64,000 nucleotides of DNA from Synechococcus sp. (lineage in GTDB: Bacteria > Cyanobacteriota > Cyanobacteriia > Thermostichales > PCC-7336): the NCBI GenBank assembly GCA_051439605.1, contig JBFRWN010000075.1, positions 32,001 through 96,000 of the forward strand, read 5' to 3'. The notes beneath the pieces were generated by a model, which made no database searches, was not told the DNA's origin, and worked only from the letters and a program-made list of their open reading frames with translations. Made by a program: the position numbers and the translations under genes. Positions 22,233 through 33,792 of this stretch are shown here, piece after piece. Each line of letters begins with the position of its first letter. Position 1 is the first letter of the stretch.

Positions 22233-23360
22233 ATGGCCCGCGACTATTACGAACTCCTGGGAGTATCCCGCAATAGTTCTAAAGAAGACATCAAGCGTGG
22301 TTTTCGACGGCTAGCCCGCAAGTATCACCCGGATGTCAATAAAGAACCGGATGCGGAAGACAAATTTAAAGAAATTAATCGCGCTTACGAAGTGCTGTCA
22401 GATCCGCAGCTCAAGGCTAGATACGACCAGTTTGGTGAAGCGGGGGTCAGTGCCGGAGCCGCAGGTGGACCTGGTGGCTTCCAGGATATGGGAGATATGG
22501 GCGGATTTGCCGATATCTTCGAAAGCTTTTTCACCAATTTTGGTGGGGCCACCACCTCTGGACGGCGACGCTCGGGACCCGTTCGCGGAGACGATCTGCG
22601 CTTTGACCTCAAGCTCGATTTTCTCGAAGCAGTCTTTGGGGGGGAAAAGCAAATTCGCATCAGTCATCTAGAGGTTTGCGAGGTCTGCAATGGTAGCGGA
22701 GCCCAAGAAGGAACGGGCCCTACCACTTGTCCCACTTGCGGTGGAGCAGGTCAAGTGCGTCGGGCCACCCGCACCCCCTTTGGCAGCTTTACCCAACTGA
22801 CCGTTTGCCCCACTTGCAGCGGTTCTGGAGAGGTAATCGAAGACTTCTGCGACAACTGTGGCGGTCAGGGCTTGGTGCAGTCCAACAAGAAGCTCAGAAT
22901 TACCATCCCCCCCGGTGTAGACAGTGGCACTCGCTTGCGGGTGTCTGGGGAAGGGGATGCAGGCCGTCGAAAGGGACCAACGGGCGATTTGTACGTCTAC
23001 CTGTTTATCGAGCCAGATGAGACCTTCCAGCGGGATGGCATTAATATCCTCTCCGAGGTACACGTCAGCTACCTACAGGCCATTTTGGGGGCAACCCTAG
23101 CAATTCCCACGGTCGATGGAGATGAAGAATTGACTATCCCTGCTGGGGCGCAGCCGGGGGATGTGTTGCGCCTAGAGGATAAGGGAGTACCTAAACTCGG
23201 CAACTCTGTTGCCCGAGGGGATCATCTCATTACCCTCGTGGTGGAAATCCCCAAAAAGGTGGATGCCGAAGAACGGGAGATACTCGAACAGTTGGCAGAG
23301 TTGCGTGGAGAAGAAACCAATAAGGGGGGCGGTCGCTTTTTAGGAGGGCTGTTCCGATAA
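22233..23360 (+). CDS. dnaJ: Chaperone DnaJ (class A)
   Basis: J-domain HPD, G/F region, four CxxCxGxG repeats. Confidence 0.97.
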   Translation: MARDYYELLGVSRNSSKEDIKRGFRRLARKYHPDVNKEPDAEDKFKEINRAYEVLSDPQLKARYDQFGEAGVSAGAAGGPGGFQDMGDMGGFADIFESFFTNFGGATTSGRRRSGPVRGDDLRFDLKLDFLEAVFGGEKQIRISHLEVCEVCNGSGAQEGTGPTTCPTCGGAGQVRRATRTPFGSFTQLTVCPTCSGSGEVIEDFCDNCGGQGLVQSNKKLRITIPPGVDSGTRLRVSGEGDAGRRKGPTGDLYVYLFIEPDETFQRDGINILSEVHVSYLQAILGATLAIPTVDGDEELTIPAGAQPGDVLRLEDKGVPKLGNSVARGDHLITLVVEIPKKVDAEEREILEQLAELRGEETNKGGGRFLGGLFR

Positions 23361-23415
23361 GCATCATGCAGATGGAAACCATCCAACCCATTAAACTGGG
23401 GGGAGTTAGACACTA

Positions 23416-23667
23416 ATGACCCCCATGGATTTACGGGGCGTTCCTTGCCCGCTAAATTTTGTGCGCACGAAGCTGCAGTTAGAAAAACTGGCGGTGGGCG
23501 ATCGCCTGGAAGTCTGGTTAGATGCCGGAGAACCGATCCAGCAGGTGCCCACCAGCCTAGAGGTGGCAGGCCATCAAGTTGTATCCCTTGTACAGCAGCC
23601 AGAGGGCTATTTCCAACTCATTGCCAAACGGGGGGGCGAGCGACCGACCGAGGCAGGCTGCTCGTGA
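23416..23667 (+). CDS. tusA: TusA/SirA-family sulfur carrier
   Basis: DLRGVPCPLNF motif. Confidence 0.85.
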   Translation: MTPMDLRGVPCPLNFVRTKLQLEKLAVGDRLEVWLDAGEPIQQVPTSLEVAGHQVVSLVQQPEGYFQLIAKRGGERPTEAGCS

Positions 23668-24764
23668 CTGTGTCTATCCCCGCAGCTGTGGATATCCCTG
23701 AAGATGCAATTGTGGGCACCGTCTTAGCAGTGCAAGCCAATTTTTATCGGGTCAGCCTGAATCAATCGCAGGACTATCCCTCTCCAGAGCTGCTCTGCAC
23801 CCGGAGGGCGCGACTTAAGAAAATGGGCCAAAAGGTGGCTGTGGGAGATCGCGTCTGCGTGGAGCATCCCCAGTGGAACAGCCAGCGGGGGGCGATCGCC
23901 TCCGTGATGCCCCGAGAAACCTTTTTATCGAGACCACCGGTGGCCAACGTCCAGCAAGCCATCATTGTTTGTGCTCTCAAAGAACCCGAGCCAGAGCCCA
24001 TACAGTTAAGCCGCTTTTTGGTGCAGGCATCCGCCAGCGGTCTAGAAATTCAGGTGTGTTTGAACAAATGCGACTTGCTGTCTCCAAAAGAACAGGAAAG
24101 CTGGCGATCGCGGCTGGTGGATTGGGGGTATGACCCACTGTTACTCAGCACCGTTGATGGCACCGGACTTGAAGAGTTGCGCCAACGCTGTGCTGGCAAA
24201 ATCTCTGTGCTGGCAGGGGGATCTGGCGCTGGAAAATCCAGCTTATTAAATGCTCTCATTCCAGGGTTAAAACTGCGCACGCAGCCTGTATCGGGTCGTC
24301 TTCAACACGGTCGGCACACTACCCGACACGTGGAGCTATTTGACCTATCCAGCGGCGGTTGGATTGCCGATTCTCCTGGGTTTAACACCCTAGAACTGGA
24401 CGCCTGCGATTCGAAGACCTTAATTCAGCATTTCCCCGAAATCAGTCATGCGGGGGAATGCCAGTTTGCGAACTGTAGCCATACCTCAGAACCAGGATGT
24501 GCCATTAAGGCCTTGGACTGGGAGCGGTACGAGCATTACCGGCAATTTTTAGAGGAAGTCTTGGAACGGGAGGCAAAAGAGCGGGATATGACTACTGTCG
24601 ACCCTTCCGTAAAGATAAAAAGTCGCCGGGGAGCTAAAGTCGCAGAACCGCGCTTGGCCAGCAAATACCGTCAGGAGTCGCGCCGCTCTCGAAGGCAGCA
24701 AATGCAATTCATGAGGGGTGACATCGACACCCTCATGCAGTCGGAAGAGTTTGATGATAATTAG
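23664..24764 (+). CDS. rsgA: Ribosome small subunit biogenesis GTPase RsgA
   Basis: Circularly permuted GTPase NKCD...GGSGAGKSS...GRHTTR...DSPG; Zn motif CQFANCSHTSEPGC; GTG at 23664 overlaps the tusA stop (GTGA). Confidence 0.93.
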   Translation: MTVSIPAAVDIPEDAIVGTVLAVQANFYRVSLNQSQDYPSPELLCTRRARLKKMGQKVAVGDRVCVEHPQWNSQRGAIASVMPRETFLSRPPVANVQQAIIVCALKEPEPEPIQLSRFLVQASASGLEIQVCLNKCDLLSPKEQESWRSRLVDWGYDPLLLSTVDGTGLEELRQRCAGKISVLAGGSGAGKSSLLNALIPGLKLRTQPVSGRLQHGRHTTRHVELFDLSSGGWIADSPGFNTLELDACDSKTLIQHFPEISHAGECQFANCSHTSEPGCAIKALDWERYEHYRQFLEEVLEREAKERDMTTVDPSVKIKSRRGAKVAEPRLASKYRQESRRSRRQQMQFMRGDIDTLMQSEEFDDN

Positions 24765-24843
24765 CAGCCAAACATAGTACGCTTTGGTGCTGGTCGAGAA
24801 CGGTACCTACGTAGAAAACACTGTTTCAAAGAACAGCCAATTC

Positions 24844-25692
24844 CTAAAGTTGGCGAATCCCCGCAGCCAACCCGCGACACACTCCCGCCAAGAAATCTAG
24901 ATCGATGGTTTCTATTCTGTCGCTGGCCCGATGATAGTGAGGATTTCGCATATTGGCTGTATCGGTCACCATCACTGCACGATATCCCTCATCCCAAAAT
25001 GAAGCGTGGTCGCTTCGGCGTGTATCGGGAATCAATCGCCCCCTTTGGCCGGCAGGTAGCCACTCGCAGGGCACCCCTTGCTGGCGCATCGCGCGGCTAA
25101 GAGTAATCAAATCCAGTAGAGTTGCCCAGTTGCCGATCAGAGCGATAAAGTCCCCTTGCGATGGATAAAAATATTTGAGGCCATCAGGATACTGTTGCGA
25201 CCTAGGTGTCGCATCGCGGTATCCCAGCATTTCTAAAGAGAACATCAGACGCAGAGGTTGCTGCTGCTGTTTTAACTCAGCAGCATAGTGACGGCTACCC
25301 AGCAAGCCGAATTCCTCCATGTCGAACGCAATCAGCCGCACGGGTGACCTAGCGGGTTCGGTCGTCAAAAGTCGCGCTAGCTCCAGCAACACCGCAACTC
25401 CCGTGGCATTATCATCTGCTCCAGGCGAACCTGGAACGGCATCGTAGTGAGCGCCAATCAAGATTGGTGGCAGTTGGCGATTGCCCTCTCCCGGTTCAGA
25501 AGGAAGATTGAGAATGAGATTTTGATAGGTTTCCTCCTCACCCCCAAAGCGATCGATTGCAACAGATCCCCATTGTCCGAAATGTTTCCTGATATAGTGA
25601 CGCACGTAAAAGTGTCCCCACGAAGCAAAGTAGGGATCGCGCTCGCGCGCTACTTCAGCTAAATGTCCTCTCAAGCGCTCTTTTAAGTCCAA
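24844..25692 (-). CDS. M28 family metallopeptidase
   Basis: GAHYD, GADDNATG, DMEE, SLEMLG, RSDHASF, YH. Confidence 0.9.
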   Translation of the reverse strand: MDLKERLRGHLAEVARERDPYFASWGHFYVRHYIRKHFGQWGSVAIDRFGGEEETYQNLILNLPSEPGEGNRQLPPILIGAHYDAVPGSPGADDNATGVAVLLELARLLTTEPARSPVRLIAFDMEEFGLLGSRHYAAELKQQQQPLRLMFSLEMLGYRDATPRSQQYPDGLKYFYPSQGDFIALIGNWATLLDLITLSRAMRQQGVPCEWLPAGQRGRLIPDTRRSDHASFWDEGYRAVMVTDTANMRNPHYHRASDRIETIDLDFLAGVCRGLAAGIRQL

Positions 25693-25860
25693 TGTTCGTG
25701 GCCTAGATCGAACTTGCTAATGGTAGGCTAACAGTCTCATCAGGAGTCAGGTCTCGACAAAGATGATTTGGTCAAGGATTGAGGCTTTGAGAATAAACAG
25801 AAAGTGTTGTCTAAGTTTAACCAGGAATTGAAACGCCTATTATTGAGGGAGTTTGCAGAA

Positions 25861-26442
25861 ATGCAAAAAATCTTTCCAGCAATTGCGATCGCAAGTTTAA
25901 CAATAGTGGGATGCACGATAGCGGATCGGCCAAGCACCGAAATCCCGTCTATGACGCAGGAATATAAAGAAGCCGACAATCAAACTGTTAAGTTTTCGGA
26001 CGGTTCCCTCGAGCTAGAGTTTCCGACTGGATGGTATGAAAACGAGAGCAAACATCCCTACGATCTCCAGTATTTCTCAGGCAATCAACGCATGAATACC
26101 GGCGTATTTTTGTACAAGTCAGAAGATTTAGCCGAAGTTTCAACCCCTGAGAATGTTTTTGAATGGCAAATTGATGATTTGAGATCGAATCGGAAGAATT
26201 TTACGATTGTAGAACCTATAGAAACAGAAGCTCTTCCGGACAAAAACATTACCACCGCAGTCTATGCCGGAGAAAAGGATATTTCGAGATTTCACTATAA
26301 GTTATCCTTGGTTGAATTCGCGGAAAGTTCCGAGCAATTCCTAGTGACAATTCAAGTCGCAATTCCTAGCGAATGGGATACAAGCAAACCAATTCTTGAA
26401 GGCATTATTCGTTCCGCCAAACTTAGCTCGGCAAGAATGTAA
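25861..26442 (+). CDS. Hypothetical lipoprotein
   Basis: MQKIFPAIAIASLTIVGC lipobox-like signal; GGGAG upstream. Confidence 0.75.
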   Translation: MQKIFPAIAIASLTIVGCTIADRPSTEIPSMTQEYKEADNQTVKFSDGSLELEFPTGWYENESKHPYDLQYFSGNQRMNTGVFLYKSEDLAEVSTPENVFEWQIDDLRSNRKNFTIVEPIETEALPDKNITTAVYAGEKDISRFHYKLSLVEFAESSEQFLVTIQVAIPSEWDTSKPILEGIIRSAKLSSARM

Positions 26443-26521
26443 ATTGTTTTCCCGTCTGCTTAGATATTTAGGAAATTCCACCGGGGCGTCCCTGGCCAGG
26501 AAACGACGATCGCCATTGGCC

Positions 26522-28054
26522 CTACAACCTTCGCCACCGACGTCCATCCTTATTCAATAACTCTTCTGCAGCAGCCGGTCCCCAGGTACCTGCCTCGTAC
26601 TGACTCACCTTGTGCACCACTTCCGGATTTTCCCAATCCGTCAACACCGGCGTCACCACCCGCCAAGCCGCCTCCACCTCGTCAGAGCGCATAAACAAGG
26701 TCTGATCTGCCAACATGCTGTCCAGTAACAGGCGATCGTAAGCATCGGCCGTCTTGGTCCCAAAAGACGACCCGTAGCGGAAATCCATATCCACCGATCG
26801 CGTCAAAATATCCGGCCCAGGCATCTTGGCCTCGAAACGCAGCGAAATCCCCTCGTTGGGCTGAATGCGCATGACCAGCACGTTGGGGCTTAGCTGCTGG
26901 GCTGCTGACTCGAATAGCAAGAGGGGAACCTCTCGGAAAAAGATAGCAATTTCAGAGACTTTTTTGGGCAATCGCTTGCCAGTTCTGAGATAAAACGGCA
27001 CCCCCTGCCAGCGCCAATTGTCACACAGCATTTTCACCGCCACAAAAGTGGGTGTGCCGGATTCGGGATGGACGTCTGGTTCAGTCAGATAGCCTGGCAC
27101 CTGTTTGCCTGACATCCAACCGCTTGAGTATTGCCCTCTGACCGCGCATTCGGCAATATTGCGCGGACTGGCAACTCGGGTGGCTTGCACCACTTTCACC
27201 TTTTCGTTTCTCACCCCATCGCTAGCCAGCGAAATCGGGGGCTCCATGGCCGCTAGGGCATACAACTGCATGAGGTGGTTTTGCAACATATCTCGCAGCG
27301 CCCCAGAGCTGTCGTAGTAGCCCGCCCGCTCCTCAACACCCACCGTTTCTGCCACCGAAATTTGCACGTGATCGATGTAGTTGCGGTTCCACAACGGCTC
27401 GAAGATAGCGTTGGCAAACCGGAATACCAACATGTTTTGGACGGTTTCTTTACCCAAGTAATGGTCGATGCGGTACACCTGCTTTTCGTCACAAACCGCA
27501 TTCACCGTCTTATTCAGCTCTTGGGCAGAGGGCAGATCGCGGCCAAACGGTTTTTCCAGCACGATGCGGGTTTTCTCTCTATCCGCAATCATGCCGGTAG
27601 AGGCCAGATTCTCTAGAGCTTGGGAAAACAGACTGGGGGATACGGACAAATAAAAGACGCGATTACCGCGAGTACCCCGTTCGCGATCGAGCTGGCTGAG
27701 TCGGTCGTTCAGCTCGAGGTAGCTATCCCGAGATTTGATATTGAGGGGGAAGTAATGCAAGCGACTGGCAAAATCTGCCCAGACCTGGTCGGGGCCAATG
27801 TCATTGGGGGCAAATTCCTCCACTGCAGCTCGCATTTTTTCCCGATAGACTTCATCCGTCCATTCCCGGCGAGCTAATCCCACAATGGAAAATTCAGGGG
27901 GAAGACGACGAGACTGGAACTGGCGGTAGATGGCGGGGATGAGTTTGCGGGCGGCCAGATCGCCAGAGGCACCAAAAAGGACAAAGATCAGGGGTTGAGG
28001 AACGCGTTCTTGAGTAAGACCAACGCGCAGGGGATTGGGGGCCAGAGCAACCAT
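26522..28054 (-). CDS. zwf: Glucose-6-phosphate 1-dehydrogenase
   Basis: [38 protein letters not shown] at 28054. Confidence 0.97.
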   Translation of the reverse strand: MVALAPNPLRVGLTQERVPQPLIFVLFGASGDLAARKLIPAIYRQFQSRRLPPEFSIVGLARREWTDEVYREKMRAAVEEFAPNDIGPDQVWADFASRLHYFPLNIKSRDSYLELNDRLSQLDRERGTRGNRVFYLSVSPSLFSQALENLASTGMIADREKTRIVLEKPFGRDLPSAQELNKTVNAVCDEKQVYRIDHYLGKETVQNMLVFRFANAIFEPLWNRNYIDHVQISVAETVGVEERAGYYDSSGALRDMLQNHLMQLYALAAMEPPISLASDGVRNEKVKVVQATRVASPRNIAECAVRGQYSSGWMSGKQVPGYLTEPDVHPESGTPTFVAVKMLCDNWRWQGVPFYLRTGKRLPKKVSEIAIFFREVPLLLFESAAQQLSPNVLVMRIQPNEGISLRFEAKMPGPDILTRSVDMDFRYGSSFGTKTADAYDRLLLDSMLADQTLFMRSDEVEAAWRVVTPVLTDWENPEVVHKVSQYEAGTWGPAAAEELLNKDGRRWRRL

Positions 28055-28142
28055 GTTCGAATCTCGCAGTAGGCTGGGGTTTGCAAAAAATGGGATGTTC
28101 AACAGTGAACAGATTAGGAGGTGAAAGAGGCAGCCAGAGTAG

Positions 28143-29201
28143 CTAGCAAGAGGGGCCGGTAGCAGCATGTTTGGCCATGATGTCAGCCACTTCGCTGACG
28201 TTGTCGGCACTGCCAATCACCAGGGGCACCCGTTGGTGCAAGTCAGCGGGGTGAATATCCAGAATGCGCTCGCCCTCTGTCGTAATCGCCCGTCCACCCG
28301 CCTGTTCCAACAAATAGGCCAATGGGGAAGCCTCATACAGCAGGCGCAGTTTCCCTTGGGGTTGGGCAAGCGTACCGGGATAGAGATACACGCCGCCGTA
28401 CATCAAGATGCGATGCACGTCAGCTACCAGCGCACCACTATAGCGGGCGGTGTAACCATCAGTGCGGTGCACGTAGCGGATAAATTCCTGCATTGCCCCC
28501 GCCCACTGGCAGAAGTAGCCTTCGTTAACGCTATAGGTACTACCCCGTTGCGGAGTTCGGATATTCTCTTTCCAAAGGACGAATTCCCCCAAGCTGGGGT
28601 CGAGAATAAACGCGTGCACCCCTTTACCCATCGAGTACACAAACTGAGTGCTAGGTCCGTAGAGGATATATCCCGCCGCCAGTTGCTTGTAACCCGGCTG
28701 AAGCAGGTCTTCGTTGTTATCGACTTCGGTACCTTCTGCCCGAATAATCGAGAAGATTGAGCCGATAGACAGATCGGCATCGATATTAGAGGAGCCGTCG
28801 ATGGGGTCGAACAGAACTGCATAGCGACCTAGAGAACAATTTTCCGGTAGATGGTAGGACTCTTCCATTTCTTCGGACACTAACCGACACACCAGCCCGC
28901 TTTGTTCGATCGCCCGAATAAACGCGCTATTGGCGTATTCGTCCATTTTTTTAACTTCCTCCCCCTGGACGTTGAGGGTACCGGTAACTCCGAGGGTGTT
29001 TTCCACGAGACCGGCTTTGCTGAGATTGCGACCAATCATCTTGCCCGCCAGGCTGATGCGCCGCAAGAGGGTGCTGAAGTCTTGAGCTTCGGGACTGTAG
29101 GTCCCAAAGGATTGAAGGACGTGCCTCGACAGGGTCATAAACCCCTGGTTGAGTTCGCGTTCTGATGAGCTGTCGAGGGCTGTCGGCGCTGAGGCAACCA
29201 T
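28143..29201 (-). CDS. fbp: Class 1 fructose-1,6-bisphosphatase
   Basis: [36 protein letters not shown]. Confidence 0.96.
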   Translation of the reverse strand: MVASAPTALDSSSERELNQGFMTLSRHVLQSFGTYSPEAQDFSTLLRRISLAGKMIGRNLSKAGLVENTLGVTGTLNVQGEEVKKMDEYANSAFIRAIEQSGLVCRLVSEEMEESYHLPENCSLGRYAVLFDPIDGSSNIDADLSIGSIFSIIRAEGTEVDNNEDLLQPGYKQLAAGYILYGPSTQFVYSMGKGVHAFILDPSLGEFVLWKENIRTPQRGSTYSVNEGYFCQWAGAMQEFIRYVHRTDGYTARYSGALVADVHRILMYGGVYLYPGTLAQPQGKLRLLYEASPLAYLLEQAGGRAITTEGERILDIHPADLHQRVPLVIGSADNVSEVADIMAKHAATGPSC

Positions 29202-29390
29202 AAGTCCAAACTCTGCGTGAGGATAAAGAAGCGATCGCTAGGTCTAATGGACATTTCCAGCCTAGCAACTCCTAATATTCATGGTATTCAGGGGGGCTGA
29301 AGGGCTGCTTAAAACCAAGAGAGTTTAAAGGTTTAATTTGGCTTTTTTTCAGCTTTAGCTTTTGCGGGCGCCCCCCCTTCATGCAGTCGC

Positions 29391-30506
29391 CTAAAACGTC
29401 GTTCGTAATGTTTGGACAGTTCCAGTTTGTGCCGAACGATAAGCGGACTCAATAATGTCGATCGCATGGCGGGCATGTTCGGCGGTGACAATGGTTGGGC
29501 GATCGTCCAGAATCCAATCCACCAATTGCATGATGTCTTCAAACACGTGACATTCTTCCATCTCACGATGGACTCCGACAACATGCGGGAGGATGGTGTA
29601 ATCAGACTCCGGACGATGGGGCTGCCTGCCCGGAAACTCAATCGGCTCGCCATTGAATGTAGTTCCCACAATTGCCCCCTTTGTCCCAAAAATTCGGGGT
29701 TGGCCCACATGCTGCTTGGCAAATTCACCGGCGGCGACCCCGTAGACCAATGCGAAGAGCGAATCGCCAAAATCCAACAGCATGAGAGTGTTATCGTCCA
29801 TGTCACAGGGGAAGAGCTTGCCCTGAAACTCTCGTTCGGGAATACGGACCCCTGAGAATGCCGTCACTCGCTTGACCGCTCCCAATATCCCCGTCAAGAC
29901 GTGCAAGCCATAGACTGCCATGTCGTATAGAGGCCCCCCCCCCGGAGAGCGAAAGTACCATTCTGGATTGACGTTCGAAAGGATGTCATCTCCCCCCCTG
30001 ACCGATTCCTCTTCGTGATATCGCCCAAAGGCAGCCCCTGCCATCGCCCAAGTGGGCGTCCCCAGCGCCCCTTCCAACACAAGACGGCGAATCTGTTGAT
30101 AGACCGGGCGTAACATTTCACCGGGGGAGGCCACTAATTTCACCCCTCGCTGCTTCGCTAGATCGATCAACTCGTCGGCCTCCGCGACGGATGTTGTCAT
30201 GGTTTTATTGAAGTGAACGTGAATTCCTCGTTCGATCGCCTGCTTGCCCTGTTGATAATGCAGTCCGATGGGGGAGGCGATCGTGACAGCTTCCACCCCT
30301 CCAGCCGCTAACAAATCCTCGTAGCGTTCGTAGGCAGCTGGCACGCCAAACTTATCGGCAGCCGCATGTGCACGCCCTGGAAATGGATCGCAAATGGCTG
30401 TGACCTGCAGCCGCTCTTGGACGTCTGCCTGCATCAGATGAGGCAGTATTCCCCGCAGCGAGATGCTCCCCGCACCCACAATTCCCAAGCGCAGTTTATC
30501 TTTCAT
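29391..30506 (-). CDS. Gfo/Idh/MocA-family oxidoreductase
   Basis: LGIVGAGSIS, VHFNKTM, GGGPLYDMAVY; GGAGG RBS and ATGA overlap with the upstream gene. Confidence 0.88.
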   Translation of the reverse strand: MKDKLRLGIVGAGSISLRGILPHLMQADVQERLQVTAICDPFPGRAHAAADKFGVPAAYERYEDLLAAGGVEAVTIASPIGLHYQQGKQAIERGIHVHFNKTMTTSVAEADELIDLAKQRGVKLVASPGEMLRPVYQQIRRLVLEGALGTPTWAMAGAAFGRYHEEESVRGGDDILSNVNPEWYFRSPGGGPLYDMAVYGLHVLTGILGAVKRVTAFSGVRIPEREFQGKLFPCDMDDNTLMLLDFGDSLFALVYGVAAGEFAKQHVGQPRIFGTKGAIVGTTFNGEPIEFPGRQPHRPESDYTILPHVVGVHREMEECHVFEDIMQLVDWILDDRPTIVTAEHARHAIDIIESAYRSAQTGTVQTLRTTF

Positions 30507-31393
30507 AAGTACTGCCTCCAGGAGGTTTGGGGCTGCCAACCTACAGCCGTTCCAATCTTGTCGCAACTCAGAAAAGATTGATAGCCAGTCAGCTTTTCTA
30601 CTACAGGGAGCAGTTGCGGTCTGAAGCGTTCCACAAGTTCCAGAGAAGGTTCCAAGGCCGTTGTATCCTGCCCATTGACGAAATACACGTCATGAAGCGG
30701 AAGCTCTGGGGCAGCATCCAGGAGCAGACGGTGAGCCCTCGCGAGATCCTCACTCCCCACCCAGCCCCACAGCCAAGGATCCCAATATTGTGCCGAAGTA
30801 GCCTCTACCGCCATTTGCCGTCGCTGTGCTTCGGTTCGAATACCGGCAGGGCGGGTGACGTAGGTCCGCATGCCGTAAGCACGACTGTAGGAGGCCAATA
30901 AATCTTCTCCTGCACGTTTGGAAAAACTATAGGTGTCTTCCGGATAGCACGGGTGAGTTTCGTCGATTGGCAAAGTCTGAATGGGAAATGGAGTCTTGCT
31001 GATGCGGTATCCATGCCCCAAGGCACAGTTACTCCCTGCCATCACAACAATCTTTACTTGCGCTTCAACGGCGGCTTGTAACAGGTAATAGGTGCCCAGC
31101 AGATTTGACTTGAACGTCGCATCAAAGGAAACGCCTCGCTTTTTGTACAAGCTCCGCAGATCGGGATGATCTGTCGGTTCTGGCTGAGCTCCCAGATGCT
31201 GGATGGCATTTACCCCCGCCACCATCCGTTGGCAATCCGCAAAACAGGTCAGCTCAGCCTGAATCCAAGCAAAACCAGACAATTCTTCTGGTGGTTTGCG
31301 ACGGGAGGTGAGAATCAGTTCGTATTTATCTGCCAACTCGTGGATTACGTACCTTGCTAGCCTACCGCTAGCTCCTGTAATCAATACTTTCAC
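30503..31393 (-). CDS. NAD(P)-dependent epimerase/dehydratase (extended SDR)
   Basis: VLITGASGRLA, YxxxK (YSFSK); GTG at 31393. Confidence 0.88.
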   Translation of the reverse strand: MKVLITGASGRLARYVIHELADKYELILTSRRKPPEELSGFAWIQAELTCFADCQRMVAGVNAIQHLGAQPEPTDHPDLRSLYKKRGVSFDATFKSNLLGTYYLLQAAVEAQVKIVVMAGSNCALGHGYRISKTPFPIQTLPIDETHPCYPEDTYSFSKRAGEDLLASYSRAYGMRTYVTRPAGIRTEAQRRQMAVEATSAQYWDPWLWGWVGSEDLARAHRLLLDAAPELPLHDVYFVNGQDTTALEPSLELVERFRPQLLPVVEKLTGYQSFLSCDKIGTAVGWQPQTSWRQYL

Positions 31394-31748
31394 AAGTTCT
31401 GGCCCTAACAAGCGAAGAATGGCTCATGCAAATTGGAGCAACCCTCTCTAATAGAATAAATGCGAGGCAAATGCTGTCATGAAATACTCATAAATTTTCA
31501 GATTACGGGTTATTTCACATCCGCCTGGTTCTAGAGAGGAGCGATATCGTGAAAGCCTACGTTGCTTTTTCCGTTCATCCCCTCAAAGCTCTAATATTTT
31601 TTAGGCTGACGAGTCTAATGCGGATTTATACTCGTCAAGGCGGTAGTGGCTCCTCCTCCTTGGTTCTTAGACGCTTTCTGTCTAAGACGCAGGAAAGAAA
31701 GGGTTCGTAACCGCAGAACAGTGAAGGAATTGTATTCGAGCGATCGCC

Positions 31749-33572
31749 ATGACGACTGCGACCACCCGTCCAAGCCGGACACACTATTGTGGAGACCTGC
31801 GGGGTGAACACACAGAACAGCAAGTGACTCTGTACGGCTGGATTGACCGTCGTCGAGACCACGGTGGTGTCATCTTTTTGGATTTGCGCGATCGCTCCGG
31901 GATCGTCCAGCTAGTCAGCGACCCCGAAAAGACTCCTGCCACCTGTGAACTGGCGGGGGACATGCGTAGCGAATATGTCGTGCGGGTTACCGGTACCGTC
32001 CACCCTCGCCCCGACGAGTCGCTGAACCCCAAACTAGCCACTGGCGAAATTGAGATTTACGCCGAAGAGCTAGAAATCCTTAATCGCGTGGGCAAACAGC
32101 TACCGTTTATCGTTTCCGAAACCGATGCCGAGAACGAGCAAGGCAGCACCAAAGAAGAATTGCGCCTGCGCTATCGCTACTTAGATCTGCGCCGCGATCG
32201 CATGAGCAAAAACCTGCGTCTGCGTCACGCAGTGGTTAAAGCCATGCGCCGCTTCCTCGAGGACCAAGAGGATTTCACCGAGGTGGAAACCCCCGTCCTC
32301 ACCCGCTCCACCCCCGAAGGTGCTCGCGACTTTTTGGTACCCAGTCGCATCAACCCTGGCGATTGGTACGCTCTGCCCCAGTCCCCTCAACTGTTCAAGC
32401 AAATCTTGATGGTGTCGGGATTCGATCGCTACTACCAAATCGCCCGCTGCTTTAGGGACGAAGACCTGCGCGCCGATCGGCAGCCAGAATTCACCCAGCT
32501 AGATATGGAGATGAGTTTCCTCTCCGAAGAGGATATTCTCGACCTGAACGAGCGGCTAATGTGCCACATCTTCAAGTCCGTTCGGGGCATCGACCTGCCC
32601 CGTCCGTTCCCCCGCCTCACCTACGCCGAATCGATGGAACGCTACGGCTGCGATCGCCCCGACACCCGCTTTGGCATGGAATTGGTCAACGTCTCCGAGG
32701 TATTTGAAGGCACCAAGTTCAAGATTTTTGCCAAGACCCTCAAGTCCGGCGGCATTATTAAGGCTCTGCCAGTCCCCAGCGGCAACGACAGCATTTCCAA
32801 CACCAGCATCAAGCCTGGCGGTGAGCTGTTTAGTCTGGTGCAGCAGTACGGGGCTGGCGGTCTAGCCTTCGTGCGGGTACGCGAAGGGGGAGACATCGAC
32901 ACCATTGGCGCCCTGAAAGAGAGTTTGACGGACGAGCTAAAGGCGAAGTTGCTCGAGTTAACCGGTGCTGAAGCGGGCACCTTGCTGCTGTTTGGGGCTG
33001 GGGAAGCGGCGATCGTCAACGAATCCCTCAACCGCCTGCGCCTGCATTTGGGTCGCCAGTTGGGCATGATTCCCGAAGGTCACCTGAATCTGTTGTGGGT
33101 CACCGAGTTCCCCATGTTTGAGTGGAACGAGGACGAACAGCGCAACGAAGCACTGCACCACCCCTTCTGTTCTCCTAACCCCGAAGATGTCGACGATATT
33201 GTCAATGCTCGCGCCCAAGCCTACGACCTGGTGTGGAACGGGGTAGAGATTGGCGGGGGCAGCCTGCGGATTTATCAACGGGAGATCCAGGAGAAGGTGT
33301 TTGATGCGATTGGTCTATCGATAGACGAGGCTCGCGATAAGTTTGGTTTCTTACTAGAGGCATTCGAGTACGGCACTCCCCCCCACGGTGGGATTGCCTA
33401 CGGCTTAGATCGCTTGGTGATGCTGATGGCGGGTGAAGAGTCCATTCGCGATGTGATTGCATTTCCAAAGACTCAGCAGGGCAAGGATTTGATGGTGGAC
33501 GCACCTGCTGGTGTCGAAGACAAGCAGCTGAAGGAACTGTATGTTGCTTCTACTTACGATCCTGAAGAGTAA
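31749..33572 (+). CDS. aspS: Aspartate--tRNA ligase (probably non-discriminating)
   Basis: [50 protein letters not shown]. Confidence 0.97.
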   Translation: MTTATTRPSRTHYCGDLRGEHTEQQVTLYGWIDRRRDHGGVIFLDLRDRSGIVQLVSDPEKTPATCELAGDMRSEYVVRVTGTVHPRPDESLNPKLATGEIEIYAEELEILNRVGKQLPFIVSETDAENEQGSTKEELRLRYRYLDLRRDRMSKNLRLRHAVVKAMRRFLEDQEDFTEVETPVLTRSTPEGARDFLVPSRINPGDWYALPQSPQLFKQILMVSGFDRYYQIARCFRDEDLRADRQPEFTQLDMEMSFLSEEDILDLNERLMCHIFKSVRGIDLPRPFPRLTYAESMERYGCDRPDTRFGMELVNVSEVFEGTKFKIFAKTLKSGGIIKALPVPSGNDSISNTSIKPGGELFSLVQQYGAGGLAFVRVREGGDIDTIGALKESLTDELKAKLLELTGAEAGTLLLFGAGEAAIVNESLNRLRLHLGRQLGMIPEGHLNLLWVTEFPMFEWNEDEQRNEALHHPFCSPNPEDVDDIVNARAQAYDLVWNGVEIGGGSLRIYQREIQEKVFDAIGLSIDEARDKFGFLLEAFEYGTPPHGGIAYGLDRLVMLMAGEESIRDVIAFPKTQQGKDLMVDAPAGVEDKQLKELYVASTYDPEE

Positions 33573-33610
33573 ATGGTTAGCCATAGCTGGCTCTAAAGCT
33601 TACCAATATT

Positions 33611-33650
33611 GAAATAGCGCCTGAAGTTTAATTGCTTCAGGGGCTATTTC
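33611..33650. terminator. Hairpin between convergent aspS and lyase genes
   Basis: GAAATAGC-GC-CTGAAG...CTTCAG-GG-GCTATTTC inverted repeat. Confidence 0.65.
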
Positions 33651-33792
33651 TACTAGACAGCGGGGCTCAACTTAAGGGATTCTCGAACGGCTCGTTCATA
33701 TCGAGAACAATGTCGAACGATTAAGGATGCTCGAAGAGCCTTTAAAAAGGCTATCTTCAACATTCTGTTGCAGTGACTACGGTAGGCTTCTC

